Shown piece after piece: positions 49,987-62,800 of a stretch of DNA of 64,000 nucleotides. Numbering within the stretch: the stretch's first letter is position 1; each line of letters begins with the position of its first letter. The translations under genes were made by a program, and so were the position numbers. The notes beneath the pieces were generated by a model that saw only the letters and a program-made list of their open reading frames with translations, made no database searches and was not told the origin of the DNA. Source of the DNA: Auanema rhodensis (lineage: Eukaryota; Animalia; Nematoda); contig OZ059897.1 of assembly GCA_964057225.1 (NCBI GenBank), positions 9,238,001-9,302,000 on the forward strand, written 5' to 3'.

Positions 49987-52452
49987 ATGGCGTATTTTGA
50001 TGAACGAGAACTCATCGACCTCATAAGACATGAACTTAGGATTGAAGATGATTTAGGATTCACTACAAAAATCATTCAACCCCCTAATAGGTTTATTTCA
50101 TAACCTATTTCTTTTAAAAGTGAAGAAATTCTAGAAGAGCAAAATATGGTGGATTACCACTAAATTTTCGCCAGTCAATCGTAGAAAGCGATATAGAGGA
50201 GGAAGAGGACTACTTTTGTGAACAACAGTTTCAGGTTCTGAAAATATTGCTTCATATTTTATTGTTTTCTTCTAAGATTTTGGAAGCTGAACCGAAAGGT
50301 TCAACGGAAATCATTGAATCTCGTATGCGTTCTCGAACTGTTGAGAGTGATAAGTCTCTGAGAATAGATGCATGTTAGTTCAAACTTAAATATTCATTGT
50401 GTATCATATCTTCTTAAGTGCAAAGAAAATCAAATGAGGAATGTCCGGTACTCATTCGTATACCTCAGTCGGTTACTAAAATTGAACCAGCAGAATCAGA
50501 ATTATCGAAGTATTCATTAGTTTTCAATATTCGAGAATAATGTAATTTTAGGCAAATTGATAAAAATCTCAAAAAGTTTCAAAATCCCTTAAACGAATTT
50601 AGTAAATTCAAAGGTATGCCTGAGGCACGGTCCAGTCAATTCTTCAAAATACGATTCCCTCCGGTTAACAAATCTTCTGTGGAGATCGAGGTATAATTTC
50701 TTTTTTTTTAATTTTGGTTAATTGTTTTAATTATTAGGTTTGCGTTGTTCCAACAGCTATGGTGTTCGAATTCGTGGGCTTGTGTTGTTTGCAATATTTT
50801 CTTTATACATCAGCTGAACTACCGTATGCTTTGCCTACAGTAAGAAATAAACATTTCGTTTAAGTGGCAAGGTAGAAGATTATTCACTTCATATAGTAGA
50901 TGAAGATACCGATCAGATTGATCAAGAGTTTCCACCTCTAGAGAAAAATCGGGTTGTTTGTGATTTGGGTTTTCCCATACTTGCACTTGTCCGAACAGAA
51001 GAAGCTATAATCATTCCGAAGTTTGATCGAAAAATGATGGTGACGGTGTAGGTTTCATTATCACTATCGAATGAAAAAGTATTTGTACCATTTCAAATGC
51101 AAATTCACTCTTATATGAAACCCAAAGCATAATTATTTCAGTTTTTTTACATCTGGAGAACAGTTCGGAATTGAAATTCCCAGACCTTCTACTAATATTT
51201 CTTGGTTATGTAAAGAAGCTTTAAGGCGGTGGAGGGAAGCAAGAAAAAACTTAACGGAGTTGATGCCTGGTATGAAAAATTTATGTTTAAATGTACCAAA
51301 AAGAGATGCTTTAGATGCTGTGTACATAGTGGAATCATTAGATCATGAAGGTCGAATTTTTTCTGATGAAACTTATGTTTCTACTTGTGGATGTTCTGAC
51401 TTTGTTGTTTATAGAAAAAATAGTACGTGAATATTATGCTTTCCTTCTATATTTTGACTCATTAGGCTCTCGTGTTGGCTTTAATCCAAGGAAACCTATG
51501 TTGCTTTCCTCGCAAGTGAGTATTGTGTGCCCTACTAGTCCAGCTTTATCTACAAATCGCAATAGTGCCATATTCGGTATGGGTTTCTAATTATTCGTTT
51601 TAATCTCTTTTTAGATTTTTCTGTACATGATGGTATAGGCTCAATCTCATCACCATATGAATCTGGAGACGAAGCCATATCTTATTTCAAGGTTATGAGA
51701 TTACATAGATTTAAACTTCGTTGGACTGCTAATCTAAGTAATAAAACATAATACTTAGTTATTAACACACTTAATTTAGTTATACGGTGGTCTTGTTTTG
51801 AAATTGTGCCTTTTACTAGTGAAATGGATAGGAGAAGATCATTTTTACCACAGCAGTACCAAAAATCTACAAAAGTACCATGGGAACTAATGTGTAATGT
51901 TCAGTTTTCTGAAAAAGAGAAACTTAAGCCATCTAAAGGTATGTTGTATGTTAACTTATTCAGGACTCTCCATGTCTTCAGAAACTTCTTACTACCTTAC
52001 TTTTTCCTTCTTATCAACTGATAGAACACAAGAGTCTCTCGACTTACCATCTGAATCCAACACAATCCCAGATCTTACTGAAGTTAGTTATGATTGTGAG
52101 ATATTCATTTCATGCTTTCCAGAGCTCTGAGAAGCATCATTGGAAATCTGTTCAAGTTGAGTGCAAATCTAAAGAAGACGCGCTTGATATATATAATCAA
52201 GTTCAGTCCATCATTAATACACGTGAATCAACTGTTCATCAGGTAAATATATTATTATTATGTTGTAAAACCTCCTTTTAGGCTTGGCTCTTATCCAATA
52301 ATGGTGCTCTTTCTCCCTTAGAATGCACTCGACAATTTTTACGTAGAGATGACGACGAATTAACACCATCTGTTAATGAGAGTACAAAAGTCTTTAATAA
52401 TCCTAAAGTAGCTAGTCTTGTCCGGTTTTTACGATTAAGTAAACACAAATAA
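49987..52452 (+). CDS. sinh-1: SIN1/MAPKAP1 TORC2 subunit
   Basis: MAYFDERELIDLIRHELRIEDDLG N-terminus, NPLNEFSKF, CRIM region FVGLCCLQY...DYSLHIVDEDTDQIDQEFPPLEKNRVVCDLGFPILALV, C-terminal PH-like region (YFKVMRLHRFKLRW...). Stop at 52450-52452. Confidence 0.88.
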
Positions 52453-52690
52453 CAATATAATTATTGGTTTATCATATAATGTAGAGTATTTATTAAATCT
52501 TCATTTATTTTATTCACGTTTCACGCAGAACTAATGTTTTAGGGTGATTTATGCCTTTGTCCTGAAGGTCATCAATAAAAATAAGCAAAAGATGTTTACG
52601 GGTTAATTCTATGAAATTTATTAATACATCTCAGACTTTTTAAAGACGAATTAAGAAATATGAATTAATTGTAGAGCAAATAGAAATCGA

Positions 52691-55600
52691 CTAGCTGTCG
52701 TAAAAAGGCATGCCTGGGGCTCTTGGTTGGTTAGGACGCCAATTACCTTGGGGACTACCATTCATCCAGCCACCTTGGGCTTGGGCTGCAAACATGGGAC
52801 GCATCTGTAAGAAATATGTATTCGAATATAAAATAATATTTATATTACTTGAGCAGAATTCGGTGTGTCTGCACCAGGCCACAAATCCTGATTATGATTA
52901 TGATGGTCCGTCACGGGACGAATCATATCGGAAAGGTTTCCTAACGGTGTAGACCAGGAGGACCACGGGGATGTTGCTGGTATAGAACTATTTTCATCAG
53001 GGCGGACAGATCCACTGCCTTTTCGCTGAGAAGGGGGAGAAGAAGGGCCACTGAATAGAGCATTAGCTGCGCTACTAGTAGTTGGAGAATGAACATCCCG
53101 CATTGCCACTGAAACAATAAAAAAATAAGAAATAGAAACATATTTATTCTTACCAGAGGGGAAACGGCCAATCTGTGGTGTACGGGGTTGTCCAATAACA
53201 CCGGCGGGGGCAGGGGGTATAGTAGGAGGAGGGATAAGGGAGGTTGAAGGTTGGACAACTTGAACCGGGGGTACACGAACAGTCTTGGGAGCAGAAGGGG
53301 GAAGAGGAGTCTGAAATGTATTGAAGTAAATCGGACAAAGAATAATTTAAAATTACTTTGAAATCACACTGGCATAATGTTTTACTTCCTTTAGTGAGTT
53401 GGTCTAGAGTCGTTTCGTAGTCAGTTTTAGCGACGATAATCAAACGATCAACTTCCTCACAGGCGGCACGCCATTCAAGCAAACTCTTTTTCATAGTTTC
53501 CATATCGGCGTGGGTTCGGGCGCTAGAGATATTGCATAAACAACTATAAAAATATATAGGGTACCGCTTAAGATTTTCTTCAGCATCTGATAGTCCAGCA
53601 TGGAAATCGTCTTTAGTTTTATTTAAAGTATTCAGTCCATAATTTAACATTAAATCTAATTGACTGATTTCTGAAGCTCGAACTCGTTCAGTCATAGCGG
53701 TAAGAGAAGCTGTTAAAGTTTTTCGTTCCTGAAGGAAAATAAAATATATAATAATTTTAGCAATACAAAACCTTTTCCCATTTTAGTTCCTTATTCTTGG
53801 CAGCCAGAATTTTTTCTTCATATGAAGCTCTTTCGCGCTCACGCTCGTTCTCCTTCTCAAGAGCTTCAGTTTCGTTTCTTCGGATCAACTCCGCGTCACG
53901 GTCCTAAATTATATAAAACATGAACAATAAAAATAAAGAAATGCTACAACCTTCTCTTTCTTAGCTTTAGCACGTTCCTCTATATTCTTCTTTTTCAGGC
54001 TCTCTATCTCCTTCTTGAAGTTCTTGATCTTATCATCATTCTCGATCTTTTCGGCTTGTAAAACAGCATTACGGTTCCTGAAAACAAGGATTGAAGTACA
54101 ATCAAATAAATGCATCACTCACTCTTCAGTTTTGACTTTTTTCTCTACCTTCTTCAATTGGTTACGTACATCTTTCAACTGAGTTTGAATCTGCTCTGCA
54201 CGTTCATGTTCGGTCTTGAACTCGGTTTCAGCGGTTTGAACTTGAACTTGCAACTATGAAATAAATTAATAAGATAATGAACCTTGTTTGCCTTATACCT
54301 TTTTGATCAGCTCATCCTTCTTCTTAATTTCGGCTTCAGCTTTTTGAACGCGTCCTTCAAGTTCGGTAACCTTCTCCTGATTCTTGCGCATAGCTTCAAC
54401 TGCTCTGAGTCCCGTGGAGTTTTGATGGTATTTCTGCATTTTTTTAGCAGCTTCCAACATTTCTTCCATACGATCTCCAGATGTCTAAAACTCAAAACAA
54501 TTGTGGCATAAAAAAAAAGAATTTTACCGAGAGTGCTTGAGAATATTCGAAAAGTTGATGAAGGATTGGCAACAACGCTGACTCGCTATCTCCGATGCTC
54601 ATGTGATGAATTTTCTCCAAAATCTAAACGTTAGAATCTACAATACACGATATTTCCTAAATAATACCAGTTCATCCACATGGTAACTACCAACATCCGC
54701 CAAGAGAGATTTAATGCTTTTTTCGCAATCCTCTTCCTCCAAATCCAATCCAAACTCTCCAACTAAGTCAAACAGTGAATGAATCTATTAATGAACAGAT
54801 TTACCTCTATGTTTTCGAAACAAATTCGATACCTCAGCAGCTGCAACAGCAGAAGTTGCCAATTGAGTATCATCACTTGCTTCGCTCTTTTTGGGAGACT
54901 AAATAAATATATTATTATGAAATGTCTTTAAAAGCAACAACCACTTCGATATCACTTAGCTCTGGTAGTTTTAGTGCTTCATAAGAAAGTGTGCTATGAT
55001 TATTATGGCGACGAACCGCAGTAGCCAACTTCCGGCCTAAAAAAACAGTTTGTTTACGGTCATACCGATTGCAATGTATTACCATGAATATTCACTGGAG
55101 GTGGTGGACTACTAATCTGTTTACTTGAAACTTTCTCTCCAGACCGATCAAACAAGGCAATAAGTTGTTCAACCTGAAACCAAAAAGTAAAAAAATTAGT
55201 AAGGCGTTATAGGTACCACTTCATCAGTATAAAGAAAAGCTACAGTTTTACAGAACTCCATAGAAGCTTGTAAAATTCTTCGGGAATGAACAGTACAAAG
55301 ACCAGCGGCAAGACAGCAACTTCCATGATCCTAAACAGAAAAACTATGATCTGATATTGCTAAATCTTAATACATCAGAGAGGTTATCCAGTCTGTTGAA
55401 TATACTCGTTGACAAAGTTGAAATCGCGGGATTATCATTATCAACAACAGAGAGAGCCAGCTCAAGATCTTTCACGAGATCCTGGTTAAAAATAAGTTCT
55501 TTTTTTTTTTTAATTTGAAAAATTACCACTAAATGATCAACACCAAATACATCATTGTAGAACCTAGCAAGACGTTGTCGTTCTATCTGTTCTGTTTTCT

Positions 55601-58376
55601 CGTCATGCTGAATATTCATAAAATTAGTAAACATTTCTCGTATAATATGTTCTCACTGTAGAACAAATCGTTTGCAACACTTCATCAGTAGCTTGGCCAA
55701 ATTTCTGTATTTGTTCCGTAATAAGTTTCTGCACGAATTGCGGATTGTTTCCAGCATACCTCTGTAAGCATATTACAACATAAACAATATTATAAAATTA
55801 TCAATACCCTTTCTCGTCTTGGGTTGGGTAAAGGTTGGCTTTGAACCGTAGTTGGAGCAATAATTTGGTCATTGCTATCTTCGGTTTGACAACCGTGTTC
55901 CGTAACAGAAATCGCCCCCATAGCTTCTTCTGAAGAAGAGATAGAGTCACACTGTCCACTGGCGCATTGTTCACACACTGAATAGTGCGCAATCGCAATA
56001 GCAAATAGTAAAAATTAACATGACATACTTCCTTGTATACTATCATCCTCCTGATAATCATCCGACAAGTCGCTACTGCAATCCTCACCTACACATCCAG
56101 TAGTCGAAAGACAATCATCCGACGGTCTTTTTCTGTAATAACAAATTTGAAATAAGAAAACAGATTTGCATAACCAACCTTCCAAACTTTGTCGGTGGTT
56201 CCTCGGTCTTTGGAGCATTCTCCTAGAATAAGATCAATGGACTTATTAATTATTTTGACACACAAGCAAGTAACAAAGCAAAAGCATTCAATAGAGGTTA
56301 GGAATTACATACACTATTCAAAATACAATCACCCAAGCAGACAAATTGTAGCTGAACCAATTTTTTTACAAAATTCATGACAACAGATTTGTGATTGATA
56401 TTTTCCAGCAATATCACGATAAGGAACAGATTTGGCGAATAATAGTGCAAGTGTTACTTGGGCGCAAAAAAATTTTGAACTGTGGTTCATACCGGTATGA
56501 TAAATCATAATTTCCTCGCCATTCAGATTGTAAAGCAGGGACACACATGCATGTGCAAGCAGTATTAGGGAAACAGAAATTACAACAACATAGGTAAACC
56601 AAGCAAGTACTGGTAGCGTTGATGGTAATAACTGACTTTCGGTGACACTGGAGGCGAAGCCGATAGAGGGGATTTTCCCGTCTCTTCCGAACTAGAGTTG
56701 ATAGATGTAATCTCCTCATTCCAATCTGTTGACTCAGTACGCTTCTTCAGTTCTTTATCCCTAAGATACAAGATAAGGACACGTGATCCCAGCTAAATAT
56801 TTTAACAACGAACTTATTAATCATCTCCGCCTTCTTCTTTTTTAATTGCTGCATAGCAGTTCTCTTGTCTTTTTTTCCAGTCGATTTTGACCCCCCTTTC
56901 GCGGCAATAGTTTTCTGAGCACCTGTCAAAGCTTGTCTGAGGGATGTTGGTTTCAAAGGTTCCACAGGTTTAGGAGCTTCAGATTCTGTACGACATATAA
57001 ATACATGTTACTTATGTCTATGACTTACTGTTCTCTATCCTATTGATACTATCTAATACTTTCTTTTTTACTAAACGCTCTTTTTGTTTTTCTAATTTTT
57101 CCTTCATCTCAAGATCTTTATCCTTACAAAATTTGAGGGCCTGCAACAGGAAAAATCGTAAAATAACAAATTACGGTTTGATACCTGAGCATTAGCCTCA
57201 ATCGACAAATCTACCAACCCCCTACCCATTTGCATTTCAGCCAGGTTATACCATTGATCGATGCTTTTACAAAAATCTGCTCTTGTCCTGTGAACAGAAA
57301 CATGTGTAACGGAATGCAAGATTTATCCAAGAGAAATGAAAAAGAATAACTCACATCATATTTTTAGGCCAATCAGCCTTAACAGTAATCTCTAATGTGA
57401 CATAATCATTCTGAATATAACCTTGACTTTCATCTAACACATCCTATATTTCAAAAAATAATATATCAATATTCAATAAATTCTCATACCGCCCATGTCA
57501 TAAAGCAGGAATATCCCCAATCATTTTCTTTCGCAGTATAAACATGACTTGTTTTCCTTACAAAATTGGTAGCGCCTGGTTTCACAGCTAAGAGCCTCAT
57601 TTCGGCATCTGCTTTGCAGGACCATGAGCTAAATCAACGAAATAATTTGATGCATATTTAGACAAATCAAACTCAGAATAAGTTCTATCAGGACAACATT
57701 GTAAAAAGAATCCCATACACTTTTGTGATTTTTTTTGCACCATATGTTGTTTAGGCATAACCATAATCCTCCTAAAATAAATAATAGAACGTAATAAAAA
57801 AATGTCCGCAATGTCTAACCAAGGCACTCCTCTGATTCGTTGATTCGGCGAGCAAATGGTGTCACTCATTTTTGAAAATCCCGTAATGCATAAAACCAAT
57901 GTGCCTTCTCCAGCTAAAATTGTGAATTGTAAATAATATGTAAATAATTTCAGCTCATACATTCGTCGCTATTCGAAGTGTTCGCGGAACTGATAGTAGC
58001 TACACTGCTTTCCTTTGTTGCAACTTGCCCATTTTTCTTATTAACATTCGGCTGCTCTTGTAAAAGCTCAATGGCTAGAATGTTAAATTCAAAAAAAATA
58101 ATATAGTTAGATGAGTACGTTTTCCTGATCCCGAAATCCCCAAGTTGTTGCACTTTATCTGTGAAACGGTTGGCGTAGAACCATTATTACTGTTATTTCC
58201 CGAAAAAGGAGCATCTGTTTGACAAGCAACCTCGACACGACTGATTTTCCTAAACTTTGAAATACGCAAGAATTTTTTTTTTATAAATGTTTGAATACTA
58301 GGGATAAACATTATCTATGTCTAAAATATGCAAGAAAAACTCACGTTTTACATCGATGCCCAACAGATTGCGACAT
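52691..58376 (-). CDS. pqn-87: MATH-domain (USP7-like) plus coiled-coil protein with Pro/Ser/Trp low-complexity C-terminus
   Basis: GEGTLVLCITGFSKMSDTICSPNQRIRGVPWRIMVMPKQH...CMGFFLQCCP...SWSCKADAEMRLL...KENDWGYSCFMTWADVLDESQGYIQND is a MATH domain. No USP catalytic domain follows; long E/K coiled-coil exons at 53400-54500. Symbol is from architecture plus recalled synteny. Confidence 0.82.
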
Positions 58377-58950
58377 GTCGGAACGCACACTGTCGATCGA
58401 ATTCTAGCCTAACTAAAACAACAGTTCATAAAAAAATATTTTGTATAAAGATTTAAGCAGAGCTATATGACTTTAGATAAAATGTTTTCTGGGTTTATAA
58501 TGTAACAAACATATTTTATAAAAATTAAATATTATCTATAATGAATATAATCTTAGAAAACAGCTTTACAACTGTAGAAAGCTTTGTATCTTAATATATA
58601 GGTTGTTGATTACTCGGCATTACTAGAACATAGAATTGTTAAAGGGCGGAGAAGATAGTCGTCGTGTTCTTGGTACGGTAGTATCTGTGCTAAGACCAAT
58701 TAGATGAAGTCTCTTGGCTTTTAAAACATTTCAAAGAAAATTTTAATTTATTTCAATAATTTAATTATTAAAATGTGAAAATTAAATCTGCAAAGATGCT
58801 CAAAATAAAAGAAACAATTGTGAGCATATTTTCAGCCTATTTGTTTGTGCTCACGGCTGTTTTTATGAAACTGGCCTTCCTAAATATATTGTTATTTGCT
58901 TTATTCTTATTTCAGCCGAATTGTTTAATTAATTTTGAACACTTAAAATA

Positions 58951-59729
58951 ATGGTCAAATCTGTTGGTATTCTTGATAAAACATTGAGTAGAGGGAAAAA
59001 TGAAGTGGGTTATACAGAACAACTTTTGTCTCAATAGTTAACTCCAGGTGAGCCTATCAACTTTTGCCGTTTTGTTCTCAGAAATGGTGAAATATGCTCA
59101 GAATAGAGTTGATACCGTTAGTGATCTACATGACAAGTAAAGATCTCAATATTAGAATATGTATGAAATTTTGAATAGGCTAGCTTCCTATGGGAAAAAT
59201 GTTGGCGTAAGATTGCTTGATGTGATAACATTACGTGAAAGAGGCTACAAAAGGGAAACGAAGCACTTAGGTTAGATTAATACATACTTTATAGCTAGTG
59301 AACTAATTTTTTTTAGGAATGCTTATGTTTATAAAATCCACAGTTTGGAAAAGCATTTTCAACAAAGAAGCTGATAAGTTAGAGAGGTCCAATGATGATC
59401 CCTCTACATGTGAGTAATGTTAAAAATAGTACCTGATGTTTAACTATTTCATAGATTTGTTAATTGAGAAGGACCCCGTTGTAAATACTTATATATCTGT
59501 GCCTAAGGATAAAGGTGTTTTAAATTGTGCTGCATTCGTAGCAGGAATTATTGAAGGAATGTTAGAGGTTCGGAGGCTTTTTGTAAAAAGTTATTTTGAA
59601 ATTTGTTTACAGAGCAGTAATTTTCCATGTAAAGTAACTGCCCATTGGCATAATGGAACAGCTTACGTCATACAATTCGAGGAAAGTGTTTTAGCTAGGG
59701 AAACAGCTTTAATGGAAGCGGGCCGATAG
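58951..59729 (+). CDS. trpp-5: TRAPP complex subunit 5 (Trs31/TRAPPC5), 6 exons
   Basis: ILDKTLSRGKNEVSLSTFAVLFSEMVKYAQNRV..., VWKSIFNKEADKLERSNDD, IEKDPVVNTYISVPKDKGVLNCAAFVAGIIEGML, FPCKVTAHWHNGTAYVIQFEESVLARE. tttcag acceptor at 58911-58916. Confidence 0.95.
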
Positions 59730-59816
59730 TTTCCGATGTACATATATATATATATATATCTTAATTTATTTTGTATTACTCAATAAATTTTTGAATTTGT
59801 CGATATTTGTTCTAGG

Positions 59817-62800
59817 ATGTTGTATCTACTTTTAATATGGTTAAATTTATTCTTTTCGGGATAATAAGGAGTTCTAGTTTAAGAAACATGAATGTAAGAA
59901 AAGTCCTTGTAAGTGTTGTTCGAAGATATAGTTCTCCTGGAGTAAGTCTTCGCACGAATGTGAAAAATTGATTAGTGTTTTAGTTAAATGAGAAGCCAAT
60001 AGCAACGATTCCAAGTTATATTCATGAATTTCTGTTTCGATCAGCTGCTCCATCCTCCTCTACGCAATATGAACATAAGTTAATACTTCCCCCGTTACAA
60101 GGAGACAACCTTCGTGATCATTTTAAGTATGATATTTAGTATGAGAATTTAGAATTGAAGTTTTTTTGAAGTAATTTAGCGGAAAACCATATAGGGAAAT
60201 ATTTCAATCTATTAGATGAGGGAATGGAATGCTTCAGTAAAGAGATTGTATTGCCGAAAGAATGGGAATTTGTGGAAGGATGGATGAGGTACCCTTTAGA
60301 TGGTGGACCACCCGAGAAGGTAAGTCTGATTTCAGAAGAGATAATAAGTTGAACTGAATAATCAATTTTTGTAAATGTTTAACGTATTCGCACATATAGG
60401 TGCCTTATCCCTTAGAAGATGTTCTGGTTTTTGATGTGGAAACCTGTGTATCGAAGGGACAACTTCCTACATTAGCTATATGCTTATCACCTACCGCAAT
60501 GTAAATGAAATAGTTTGAAATAATCTGGACCTTCCATTATAGCTACGGCTGGTGCAGCGAATTTTTAATCAGAGAAAGCGATTATCCCACAAATGCGAAA
60601 ATTGAACATTTAATTCCTCTTGGAGGTATTACTAAAGCATTTTTTTAAATTATTTTCGAGAATTCAGGACATGATCATCCGCGAATTGCAATTGGGCATA
60701 ATGTTGGTTATGATAGAGTACGTTCTCAAGAACCATATTTTCGAGAAGTATATTCAAATTATTTTTCTGATTTTATATGTTATTGTAGAAAACGTTTTTA
60801 CGTTTCATGGACACAATGTCTATGTGGATCCCAATATCTGGAATGGCTGATCACCAAAGATCTCTGTATGAAGCTGATGATTTAGTCATTGCCGAAGTTT
60901 GTTTACAAAAAAAATTTGTTTAAAAATAAATTACAGATGGACGAAAATTTAGCCTGGAGAGATTCTTGGAAACAAAAAGTTAGCAAGAACTCTTTAGCTG
61001 ATGTCTACAGTCATTTTTTTAATGAAGAATTAAGCAAGGAAAATCAAAAGTATTTTGTAACTGCCAGCATTTCTGATATTCGTACCTCATTCCAAGTTAG
61101 GAAATTAAATCAAACGAATTAAATCAATTTTATAGGAATTAATGACATATTGTGCAATGGATTGCGTGGCAACAGGGAAAGTGTATGCGAAATTATGGCC
61201 AAAGTTCAAAGAAAGGTCACTCAAAATACGCGTGTAGTTGTATTAAACCTGGATTTTTTAAACAGATTTCCTAGCCTTATTACACTTTACGGTTTTTTAA
61301 ATGTTGGCAATGCTTATCTTCCCATTAATCGGCATTGGAATGAGTTTTTCAAAGTTATATATTTTTGAAATGTAGTTTAGATTGTTTTCCATTAAGGTGA
61401 ACGAAATATCATGTGAGGAAAAAAAACTGCAAGCGGCCCAAGCTATCGCTTCATCCGCCAAATCTCTTATCGAAAGCACGTTAGTTGTATAGTTTAAACT
61501 TAAGATGTGTTCTATTGAAAATAGTGATGCGAAATTAGCCGTCGACGATCCTTGGATGTGGGCATATGATTGGAGTTTAGACAAAAAAGGAAAATACCCG
61601 GCGTAAAACCATTTTCTTATTACTGGAATAACTAATATTTGGGGTTCATTCAGATGGTTTTACAAGTTGTTCAGAAAACGGGTTTTTGCTGATTCCGAAA
61701 TCACAAATCTTATTAGCGAAGGTATTTTAAGCTGATCTTCGATCATTTTTCTTTTTTTTTGTAGATGTCGTCACTAAAAGTGCTATGATACCTGGGATTT
61801 TTGGAATGATTTATGGCCCATATCCTGTTTATAAAAGTAAAACTAAAGGCTGGGGTTACCTAGTTCCTACAACAAAGAGTATGATTCAGTTTCGATACAG
61901 TTTTACACTAAAAATGTTCAGAAGCCAATAAAAAGAAAACTGCTGACGAGGAACTACTTATTCCTATCGAGTTAAATATTCCTCATATAGTTATATTTTT
62001 GGCTTTTTCTACAGAAATATTAAAAAATGTGTAAACGAAAACATGGATAAGTATGGTGAAATTCCCTTAACAAATGATCCAAGTCTTCATTTCGGTGAAA
62101 TTGACTTTTACAAATTTCCCCACCCGGTATGATATGGTGGTTTTTAAATTGTATCTGCTCTCATTCTTTTAAGAGTGGAAGTGGTAATGTAGGTGATATT
62201 CTCTCAAAATTATTCGCGGCAGAATTGGATGAAAAAGTTCTTCGAGCTTCAAGGTATGAAGAGGAATTTGAAAAGGTTTTACTATCTCTTCGTTCCACCA
62301 GATTTTGGACTAGCTACAGGTAAAAAAAAATGAACAGTGAAAAAAAAATTTTTTTTAAGGGAAAGATACCATTCTGAGGTTCCTATTTGGTATGAAGACG
62401 GCGGCGAGAGTGATAATATGATAGGTGCTATTGCTCCAGCTATTGTACCAGCTGGTACAGTTTCACGAAGAAGTGTGCATAAACTTTGGGTTACTCTTAC
62501 TAACTCTGCGGTAGCTCCCCATTTTCTAAACTGTTTGATAGTTTTATTTAGTCTGATAAAAACTTCGGAACAGGAATTAAGAGCATGATTCAAGCCCCAC
62601 CAGGGTATCGTCTCGTGGGTGCAGATGTAGATTCTCAAGAACAGTGGTTAGCTGGACTATTTGGAGATGCTAGCGCCGCTAAATGTTTACGTTAGACATG
62701 CAATTTGCAAGAAATTAAAATATAATATTCCTTATAGCATTGGAAGAAAGAAAAGCAGGAGTTACCCCATTTAGTAAGATGATGCTGGTTGGAACTAAGA

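Noticed and set aside
51939-51963. Apparent 25-nt intron in sinh-1
   Set aside because: An in-frame cttcag acceptor at 51981 gives a normal 43-nt intron.
57350-57915. USP7/math-33 call for the MATH gene
   Set aside because: No USP Cys or His boxes follow the MATH domain; a coiled coil does instead.
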